Assembly: GCA_002269645.1 (NCBI GenBank)
Contig: NIVC01001499.1
Span: forward strand, 248,001-312,000
DNA length: 64,000 nucleotides
Direction of reading: 5' to 3'
Source: Macrostomum lignano
Taxonomy: Eukaryota
This document shows positions 49,901-64,000 of the stretch, one piece after another (within the stretch, counting starts at the first letter, position 1; every line of letters begins with the position of its first letter). The notes under the pieces were generated by a model. It made no database searches. It was not told the origin of the DNA and was given only the letters and a program-made list of their open reading frames with translations. The translations under genes and the position numbers were made by a program.

Positions 49901-52900
49901 TCTCTACTTCTCTAAATCTCCCTCTACTTCTCTAAATCTCTCTCTACTTCTCTAAATCTCCCTCTACTTCTCTAAATCTCTCTCTACTTCTCTAAATCTC
50001 TCTCTACTCTCTACTTTTATCTACTTATCTACATCTCTCTCTACTTCTCTAAATCTCTCTCTTCTTCTCTACATCTCTCTCTACTCTCTACTTTTATCTA
50101 CTTATCTACATCTCTCTCTACTTCTCTAAATCTCTCTCTTCTCTACATCTCTCCATTTCTCTAAATCTCCCTCTACTTCTCTAAATCTCTCTCTACTTCT
50201 CTAAATCTCTCTCTTCTCTACATCTTTCCATTTCTTTAAATCTCCCTCTACTTCTCTAAATCTCTCTCTACTTATCTAAATCTCTCTCTACTTCTCTAAA
50301 TCTCCCTCTACTTCTCTAAATCTCTCTCTACTTCTCTAAATCTCTCTCTACTTCTCTAAATCTCTCTCTACTTCTCTAAATCTCTCTCTACTTCTCTAAA
50401 TCTCTCTCTACTTCTCTAAATCTCTCTCTACTTCTCTAAATCTCTCTCTACTTCTCTAAATCTCTCTCTACTTCTCTAAATCTCTCTCTACTTCTCTAAA
50501 TCTCTCTCTACTTCTCTAAATCTCTCTCTACTTCTCTAAATCTCTCTCTAATTATCTATCTCGCTCTCTTCTCTCTCGCTCTACCGCTTTCCTTCCCCTT
50601 TCTAGTCTCCCCCAGAAGCAACAGAAAGCCTCTTACAGCCATCCCTAACAGAAAATCAGCTCAACAGAAGCGCAGATACTGAGGGAGCTCATGCTGGCGC
50701 AGACCACCCACTAGAGAGAGAGAAGAGGTAGCGAAAGTATTCAGCAGTCACCATCCCCTCAGTTCTCACTCACTCACTTAACAAAATATGGTCTCATTGA
50801 TTTTTCTTTCGTAAAAAGTATAGTTAACCAGCCTGCCTGCCTGTATAGGCCTCTCCTCAACACCTGAGCACAGAGCTTCATCTTTTTCTTCAAGTATGAT
50901 TTTCCATCGTGGTGGTCATGCAAAACGTTTACAAGTAGCCTTGCCGGCCAAAATGAGTTCACATGCCTTTACAGCTTCTCAAATACTGCATCAACTTGGA
51001 AATCACTTTATGATTGCAGCTACATATGTTGGCTGATCTATCTACCCTCTCAGTTACTTGTGATGGTAAATCTGTCTACCCTCTCAGCTACTTGTGATGG
51101 TAGATCTATCTGCATCTACCCTCTCAGCTACTTGTGATGGTAGATCTATCTACCCTCTCAGCTACTTGTGATGGTAGATCTATCTACCTCTCAGCTACTT
51201 GTGACGGTAGATCTATCTACCCTCTTAGCTACTTGTGATGGTAGATCTATCTACCCTCTCAGCTATTTGTGATGGAAGATCTATCTACCCTCTCGCTACT
51301 TGTGATGGTAGATCTATCGACCCTATTAGCTACTTGTGATGGTAGATCTATCGACCCTATTAGCTACTTGTGATTGCAGATCTATCTACCTCTCAGCTAC
51401 TTGTGATGGTAGATCTATCTACCCTCTCAGCTACTTGTGATTGCAGATCTATCTACCCTCTCAGCTACTTGTGATTGCAGATCTATCTACCCTCTCAGCT
51501 ACTTGTGATGGTAGATCTATCTACCTCTCAGCTACTTGTGATGGTAGATCTATCTACCCTCTCGCTACTTGTGATGGTAGATCTATCTACCCTCTCAGCT
51601 ATTTGTGATGGAAGATCTATCTACCCTCTCGCTACTTGTGATGGTAGATCTATCGACCCTATTAGCTACTTGTGATGGTAGATCTATCGACCCTATTAGC
51701 TACTTGTGATTGCAGATCTATCTACCTCTCAGCTACTTGTTGTGGTAGATCTATCTACCCTCTCAGCTACTTGTGATGGTAGATCTATCTACCCTCTCAG
51801 CTATTTGTGATGGAAGATCTATCTACCCTCTCGCTACTTGTGATGGTAGATCTATCGACCCTATTAGCTACTTGTGATGGTAGATCTATCGACCCTATTA
51901 GCTACTTGTGATTGCAGATCTATCTACCCTCTCAGCTACTTGTGATGGTAGATCTATCTACCCTCTTAGCTACTTGTGATGGTAGATCTATCTACCTCTC
52001 AGCTACTTGTGATTGCAGATCTATCTACCCTCTCAGCTACTTGTGATTGCAGATCTATCTACCCTCTCGCTACTTGTGATGGTAGATCTATCGACCCTAT
52101 TAGCTACTTGTGATTGCAGATCTATCTACCCTCTCAGCTACTTGTGATGGTAGATCTATCTACCCTCTCGCTACTTGTGATGGTAGATCTATCTACCTCT
52201 CAGCTACTTGTGATGGTAGATCTATCTACCTCTCAGCTACTTGTGACGGTAGATCTATCTACCCTCTTAGCTACTTGTGACGGTAGATCTATCTGCATCT
52301 ACCCTCTCAGCTACTTGTGACGGTAGATCTATCTGCATCTACCCTCTCAGCTACTTGTGATGGTAGATCTATCTACCTCTCAGCTACTTGTGATGGTAGA
52401 TCTATCTACCTCTCAGCTACTTGTGATGGTAGATCTATCTACCTCTCAGCTACTTGTGACGGTAGATCTATCTACCCTCTCAGCTACTTGTGATGGTAGA
52501 TCTATCTACCCTCTCAGCTACTTGTGATGGTAGATCTATCTACCCTCTTAGCTACTTGTGATGGTAGATCTATCTACCTCTCAGCTACTTGTGATGGTAG
52601 ATCTATCTACCCTCTCGCTACTTGTGATGGTAGATCTATCTACCCTCTCAGCTACTTGTGATGGTAGATCTATCTACCCTCTCAGCTACTTGTGATGGTA
52701 GATCTATCTACCCTCTTAGCTACTTGTGATGGTAGATCTATCTACCTCTCAGCTACTTGTGATGGTAGATCTATCTACCCTCTTAGCTACTTGTTGTGGT
52801 AGATCTATCTACCCTCTTAGCTACTTGTGACGGTAGATCTATCTACCCTCTTAGCTACTTGTGACGGTAGATCTATCTACCCTCTCAGCTACTTGTGGTG

Positions 52901-53290
52901 GTGGATCTATCTGACCCATATGGTAAATGATAGAACGTCTATCTCATGTCCCTAAACTGTTAATCCCTATTAATCCCTTGCACTTTCAACCGTACAACTG
53001 AAAGAAAAGATTTAAATATATAATTTTAATTGACGTTTTCTAACCTACCATTTCTTTCTGCAGACCAAAAAATATCATAATTTTTTCTACTTTATTCCCC
53101 ATTCTAACAGAGGACTCCTCCCTGGACCGGGTGAGCATCACCGGAGAAGCCAAAGGCGATTACATGCTGCGGATTAGCAATGTGACTTTTGAAGATTCTG
53201 GCGAACTGGAGTGCCAGATTCTCGGTTCCAGGACGCCGGGAGCTCGAGGCTCTGCCGTGGTGCAGTACAAAACTGTGCTCACTGTGCTGA
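43905..53290 (+). CDS. Nephrin/Neph(Kirrel)-like Ig-superfamily protein, 3'-partial; join(43905..44127,53111..53290,...)
   Basis: Signal-peptide-like MLSCLVFSLTVASVASVEA, then an Ig domain YPEKEYRVLQGSTVLIPCRV...FWRVKGFFLD|KDSSLDRVSITGEAKGDYMLRISNVTFEDSGELECQI...VLTVL. Both donors are GTGAGT and phase 1. No further exon could be supported in the window. Confidence 0.75.
44180..44600. repeat. GATCCCA/GATCCTA family satellite, array 2 (7/14-bp units)
   Basis: Starts ~50 nt after the donor at 44128. Confidence 0.9.
45073..45420. mobile_element. Fold-back / MITE-like element with ~110-bp imperfect terminal inverted repeats
   Basis: Left arm AAAGGGCTTGTCAACTTAAGCTCATAAAGTGGAGCCCGATTAACCTAT...; reverse complement of the right arm AAAGGGCATGTCAACTTAAGCTCATAAAGTGGAGCCCGAGTAACCTAT...; similarity continues to GGGTTTGGCAA. 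Confidence 0.8.
45445..45710. repeat. 16-bp minisatellite (GTTGTAAGCTTGTGAT)n
   Basis: About 15 units, each with AAGCTT. Confidence 0.95.
46262..47355. repeat. GATCCC(A/G)GATCCTCCTA (17-bp) family satellite, array 3
   Basis: Same monomer as 39770-41850 with a frequent A>G variant creating GGATCC. Confidence 0.93.
47640..48730. repeat. 24-bp minisatellite (TTTGATCATAAACTGGGTTATGAC)n
   Basis: About 44 units. Confidence 0.95.
49305..50555. repeat. 20-bp CT-rich minisatellite (CTACTTCTCTAAATCTCTCT)n with higher-order blocks
   Basis: Read directly. Confidence 0.95.
51035..52915. repeat. 33-34 bp minisatellite (CTACTTGTGATGGTAGATCTATCTACCCTCTCAG)n
   Basis: About 55 units; ends ~200 nt before the acceptor at 53110. 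Confidence 0.95.
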
Positions 53291-53321
53291 GTGAGTTGCT
53301 CCGTTTTGCTGCTGGCGCCTA

Positions 53322-54210
53322 TTACAGTCACTGTCACTGAATACAGTTACTACAGTCACTGTCACTGATATTACAGTCACTACAGTCACTGTCACTGATA
53401 TTACAGTCACTACAGTCACTGTCACTGATATTAAAGTCACTACAGTCACTGCCACTGAATACAGTCACTACAGTCACTATCACTGATATTACAGTCACTA
53501 CAGTCACTGCCACTGAATACAGTCACTACAGTCACTATCACTGATATTACAGTCACTGCCACTGATATTACAGCACTGTCACTGATATTACAGCACTGTC
53601 ACTGATATTACAGTCATTGGCACTGATATTACAGTCACTGTCACTGATATTACAGTCGCTGTCACTGATATTACAGTCACTGTCACTGATATTACAGTCA
53701 CTACAGTCACTGTCACTGATATTACAGTCACTGTCACTGATATTACAGTCACTGTCACTGAATACAGTCACTACAGTCACTGTCACTGTCACTGATATTA
53801 CTGTCACTGTCACTGATATTAAAGTCACTGTCACTGAATACAGTCACTACAGTCACTGCCACTGATATTACAGTCACTACAGTTACTGTCACTGATATTA
53901 CAGTCACCGGTATTACAGTCACAGACACTAATTTTACAGTCACTGTCACTGATTTTACAGTCACTGTCACTGACATTACAGTCACTGTCACTGCTATTAC
54001 AGTCACAGACACTAATTTTACAGTACTGTCACTGACATTACAGTCACTGTCACTGACATTACAGTCACAGTCACTGATATTACAGTCACAGACACTAATT
54101 TTACAGTCACTGTCACTGACATTACAGTCACTGTCACTGATATTACAGTCACTGTCACTGATATTACAGTCACTGTCACTGATTTTACAGTCACTGTCAC
54201 TGCTAGCAGT
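53322..54210. repeat. 9/21-bp repeat (ACAGTCACT / ACAGTCACTGTCACTGATATT)n
   Basis: Starts ~30 nt after the donor at 53291. Confidence 0.93.
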
Positions 54211-55074
54211 CATTGAAGGCACTAAAAGAAAATGTATCTTATATTTATGTCCAAATAATAAATCATACTTTATAGAATGAACCAGGCCCTAGAAAAACCA
54301 TGGTTGGGCTAAAAATAGATTCAACAAGTTGCTGACACCAACATTACAAGAAAACATCAACAATCTAATTATTTCTAAGGATAATTTCACTAAAATTCAA
54401 ATCTCAAAGAATATAGCTACTGAATAAATAATGAGCTGTATCCGATGACGTCACTCATACCAAGGCAACAATGTGAAAGGGAAAAGTGACAGTCAGTAGA
54501 CTATTTAAGCTGGTTGAATAAATTTGATGCATGCAAATATGATTTGTCTCGAGTGGACACTTCAGAGAGATGTAGAAGGGAAGGATAGATGGAGCCGGGT
54601 TATGTAATATCACTTTTACAGCTGGCTGCATATATAGCCTACTCATAAATAAAGCTTACATTAAGGTGACAAAGCTTTACTACTAAAAGAGTGATGCATA
54701 GCGAAGCGAGGGAAGCATTTTTGATTGCGTCAGACATTTTAGTGAGTGCCAGGGTTTTTATATAAATTTAGCGTATCGATACGTGCGTGTGAGAGGGATA
54801 GTTTTGTCTCTAGACATGGTTTTTCGAAGCGTTAGTATCCTGGATGGACAGTTATCTAAGCTTTGGTCAGTCATTTACATACCGCTGCCGCCCATCCCCT
54901 CAGGGGGGAGTTTGAGGATGGGGAAGGTCTCTAAGATGATGCAGTCATGTCTGATTGCTCTGCAGCAATGAACGAACATCTGTCAGGGTAAAAATATAGA
55001 TTTCTGACTTTCACTTTCTGTAGGAATTTGGACGCTGATTTGTAGATTCTTAATGGGACCTTTGGGGTCGGGTG

Positions 55075-56050
55075 AGTTGGAGAGAAGAGAGGAGAGGAAG
55101 GTAGAGGAGAGGAGGGGAGAGGAGAGGAGAGGAGAGAAGAGAAGGAGAGAAGAGGAGAGAAGAGGAGAGGAAGGTAGAGGAGAGGAGAGGAGAGGAGAGG
55201 AATGGAAAGGAGGAAAGATAGGAAAGGAAAGGATAGGAGAGAAGAGGAGAGAAGAAGAGAAGAGAGGAGAGGGGAGGAGAGGAGAGGAAGGTAGAGAAGA
55301 GGAGAGAAGAGGAGAGGAAGGTAGAGGAGAGGAGAGGAGAGGAGAGGAATGGAAAGGAGGAAAGATAGGAAAGGAAAGGATAGGAGAGAAGAGGAGAGAA
55401 GAAGAGAAGAGAGGAGAGGGGAGGAGAGGAGAGGAAGGTAGAGGAGAGGAGAGGAGAGGAGAGGAGAGGAAGGTAGAGGAGATGAGAGGAGAGTAAGGTA
55501 GAGGAGAGGAGAGGAAGGTAGACGAGAGGAGAGGAGAGGAGAGGAGAGAAGAGGAGAGTAGGATAGGAGGGAAGAGAGGAGAGGAAGGTAGAGGAGAGGA
55601 GAGGAGAGGAGAGGAGAGAAGAGGAGAGTAGGATAGGAGGGAAGAGAGGAGAGGAAGGTAGAGGAGAGGAGAGGAGAGGAGAGGAAGGTAGAGGAGAAGA
55701 GAGGAGAGGAGAGGAGAGAAGAGTAGAGTAGGATAGGAGAGTAGGATAGGAGGGAAGAGAGGAGAGGAAGGTAGAGGAGAGGAGAGGAGAGGAGAGGAAG
55801 GTAGAGGAGAGGAGAGGAGAGGAGAGGAAGGTAGAGGAGAAGAGAGGAGAGGAGAGGAGAGGAGAGGAGAGGAGAGGAGAGAAGAGGAGAGGAGAGGAGA
55901 GGAGAGTAGAGGAGAGGAGAGTAGAGAAGAGGAGAGGAGAGGAGAGTAGACAAGAGGAGAAGAGAGGAGAGAAGAGAAGAAGAGGGGAGAGAGGAGAGGA
56001 GAGGAGAGGAGGGGAGAGGAGAGGAGGGGAGAGGAGAGGAGAGGAGATTA
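55075..56050. repeat. (GAGAG/GGAGA)n purine-rich repeat
   Basis: Read directly; includes an internal ~120-bp duplication. Confidence 0.9.
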
Positions 56051-56769
56051 CAATAAACATAAAAATAGCATATAATTGCAAAATACGAGTACTGTGCATT
56101 CAAATCGCTAACATCCGATATACTAAAACGAGTTGTCTGTAGCGATGCGATAGTTACTGGTACCACTAAAATTAAAGACAGATTTTTCCTACCCAAAGGC
56201 TACTTTACGAGTAACTCAGTTTCTCTTCAGCTTCTACGAAAAAATAGAATAGAAGAGAGTGTGAGAACACTTGGTGAGACACCAGCCTGCCAGCACACTG
56301 TGGCAGCGCGCAGACAAAATGAAAGATGAAGCGTTGCCATGCGCAGACTCGAGAGCCTGTGTGAGCTTATCATCTCCTTGGGCTCCCCCAGTTCAGGCAG
56401 ATCAGGGATTCGCTTTTGCCCGCTAAGCCGATTTATTGTGCCCGGCTTTGGCTGAGCGCATGTGAGCAATGCCTGCTTCTTTGGCATGGCAGGGATTTGC
56501 CAGCGCTGAACAGAGGGCAGCGGAAGCTGGCAACTCGCGAGGATCATGACCAAAAACTTTCTCTCCCGGCCAGCAGAAATTGGTCCGAAGCGGGGGAGAC
56601 AGATTTCACCAGCTGTAAAGTGTAACTGCTCCGGTTCACGAAAGTAGCGTAAGGGGGAGACGGGGGTGAAATGGGAAACGAACTTCGAAATGATTGAGAG
56701 GAGTTGTGATCTGGTGCTTCTCAAATGGCATTCTGCGATAGAATGATAAAGTGGTGGCGGAGATTAAAT

Positions 56770-61620
<4,851 letters not shown>

Positions 61621-62414
61621 GTCAGTGCACTCTTGAATGGGGATAAATCGCTTCTGAGATCCCCGCAGCCACTTGTCCAGCAGCCCTCTCGCGCACTGAG
61701 TTTCCAAGTGGCTTGTCACCAATGAGGCGGAGATGTAGAGCCAGGCACAGCGGGGGGGTCATCGACCTCTCACTCGCTTTTCAACCTCTTTGTGCGGCCA
61801 GCTCGAAACGCCGATCTGATCACGTGACCTCTCAGCATTCGCCGCAGGGAGGTCGCCGATAGCCGCCCTCAGTCCAAGCCGTACAAGAGGGTTGGATATA
61901 TTTTCGCCCCGGCTCCATCCTTCTCTCCTCTCTCAGTCCCTCTGTCTCTTTTTTCTTCTTATGGGGTCGATTAGACATTTTTTAATATGTAGAAAGAAAA
62001 AGAAAGAAAAGGGAGTTGAGTTGGACTGCCTTCTGCTCGAATTGCTTCCCCTCCCAGTCCCTGTCGCTCTTTTCCAGTCCTCTCAATTGAAATCCCGGGT
62101 TTTTCTGTTCCTCAAGCATCCGCATCAAGGTGAAGCGAGTAATAAAGGTACGACCAGACCCGATCGATAGGTCGATGGTTCGACTTTCTTCTTTTTTTCT
62201 GTTAAAATTTATACACACTGTACTGTCGAGTCTTTCTTTAGCCCGAGGCCAAGTCGCTGCTCGTTATTGGGGTCGCTATTGAGCTGGCAAGAATTCGGGT
62301 GGGGGGGCACGCTGGCATCGATCAGTCCCCCCCCTGAGGGATGTGATGACCTTCTTGACCTTCGCAGGTGGGAAAATTGTTGTATGGGATATTCGTCTTA
62401 GTCGTAGTTTCCTG

Positions 62415-62735
62415 GGATCTGTCCTAGTGTCTGTCCTAGTGTCTGTCTTAGTGTTGTCCTAGTGTCTGTCCTAGTGTCTGTCCTAGTGTTGTCCTAGTGT
62501 CTGTCTTAGTGTCTGTCCTAGTGTCTGTCCTAGTGTCTGTCTTAGTGTCTGTCCTAGTGTCTGTCCTAGTGTCTGTCTTAGTGTCTGTCTTAGTGTCTGT
62601 TTTAGTGTCTGTCCTAGTGTCTGTCCTAGTGTCTGTCCTAGTGTCTGTCCTAGTGTCTGTTTTAGTGTCTGTCCTAGTGTCTGTCCTAGTGTCTGTTTTA
62701 GTGTCTGTCTTAGTGTCTGTCCTAGTGTCTGTCTG
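62415..62735. repeat. 12-bp minisatellite (TAGTGTCTGTCC)n
   Basis: About 26 units. Confidence 0.93.
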
Positions 62736-63068
62736 TAAATGAGACAGTTTCTGTCTGTAAATGAGCCAGTGTCTGTCTGTCTATGAGACAGTGCCTGTCT
62801 GTCTATGAGACAGTGCCTGTCTGTCTATGAGACAGTGCCTGTCTGTAAATGAGACAGTGTCTGTCTGTAAATGAGACAGTTTCTGTCTGTAAATGAGCCA
62901 GTGTCTGTCTGTCTATGAGACAGTGCCTGTCTGTCTATGAGACAGTGCCTGTCTGTAAATGAGACAGTGTCTGTCTGTAAATGAGACAGTGTCTGTCTGT
63001 CTATGAGACAGTGCCTGTCTGTCTATGAGACAGTGCCTGTCTGTCTATGAGACAGTGTCTGTCTGTCC
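62736..63068. repeat. ~22-bp minisatellite (ATGAGACAGTGCCTGTCTGTCT)n
   Basis: About 15 units abutting the previous array. Confidence 0.9.
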
Positions 63069-64000
63069 AGTGAGTCCCTCCGCCATTCAAAATCGATCAT
63101 CCCAGCTCCCCCTGACTCAGCCCCAGCCGCTGCTCGAGTTTCTCCCAAGAAGAGGAAGAATTACGCAACCCAAAGACAGGACTAAAAAGGCAGGAAAATT
63201 GGCTCCAACAGCCCGAATCGCTCCGCCCCAGCCGATTCACTTGGCTGCAGCGGCCAATGAATGGGATCTCGGCGGTGTCAAATGACACTCCACCAGCACA
63301 GGAGGTTGTCTGGACGGCCAACGATCCAAAATCAGCATTGACTAAATGGCGTAGTGATGCCTATTTTTCTTCATTTTGGTTGCATGCGGGCTTGGTCAAG
63401 ATTGCATGAGTCATTGAAGCCTAAACCAATTTCTGCCTTCCTCTATATTCTCTCATGACCAGCTCTATCAGGAGAAAAACAAACAGCCATGCTTCATTAG
63501 CATATGCATTTTAGAAGTTTTTTTTCGACTCTGACACCTTTCACTAATTGTAGCGGGCACTGAAGTCACTGAAAGTCAGGACCGCTTTACGCCCTGTGTG
63601 AGCGTGTGTTATGAGTGCAAATTCTGTTAAAGCCCCAACGAAAAAGTTTCTTTAAGAAACTATTTATCTGTCTTCTATTCATCAGTCAAAAAATTGAATC
63701 TAGAAGAAGCGTCAGCGAAGCAGTTCATGGGAAAATTTGCTTTAGTAGACCGTATATAAAATCGATGCTTTTGGTCCATTTCAGCTTCGATCGAGATCCC
63801 CTTGTTCAACTGATTGGATAAAAATAATAGCCGAAGCAGTTAGGGAGGGTGTGAGAACCGATTGCGTAATACTGGGGGTTTCGCTTCTCGCCAAGCGAAT
63901 GTGATGAAGAATGAAATATAGAGGTGAGCAGTCTCAAACTCGGGGAATTTCGAAACTCCGCACAAGAGGGTTGATTGATGCCATCAATGCAGCATGGAGG

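Noticed and set aside
56227-56724. 165-aa minus-strand ORF
   Set aside because: No recognisable domain or supporting splice structure; left uncalled.

Overview
Animal (invertebrate-like) nuclear genomic DNA with the standard code and GT-AG spliceosomal introns, and very rich in tandem repeats. Splicing by hand, with phase-consistent junctions, gives five protein-coding genes, all on the + strand: (1) the 3' part of a TPR + RS/RD-rich, TTC14-like gene (<810-7096); (2) a DCAF15-like CRL4 substrate receptor (11665-22838); (3) a gamma-syntrophin (24532-27754); (4) a mitochondrial-type methionyl-tRNA synthetase, MARS2 (32589-35714); (5) the first two coding exons of a nephrin/Neph(Kirrel)-like Ig-superfamily protein (43905->53290). 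Protein names come from motif recognition, not database searches. Nearly all long ORFs in the supplied track that overlap repeats are artefacts. Also present are three tRNA-derived SINE copies from two families, a fold-back MITE, a frameshifted BEN-domain gene relic flanked by TGGCAC-rich arrays, and about 30 mini/microsatellite arrays. The main structural pattern is that 13 of the 14 fully delimited introns of the intact genes carry a tandem array, mostly with a unit unique to that intron. Several units embed palindromes or canonical transcription-factor motifs (kappaB, CCAAT, E2F). One array has amplified what looks like a Tc1/mariner excision footprint. No prokaryotic features, CRISPR arrays, rRNA or intact tRNA genes were found.
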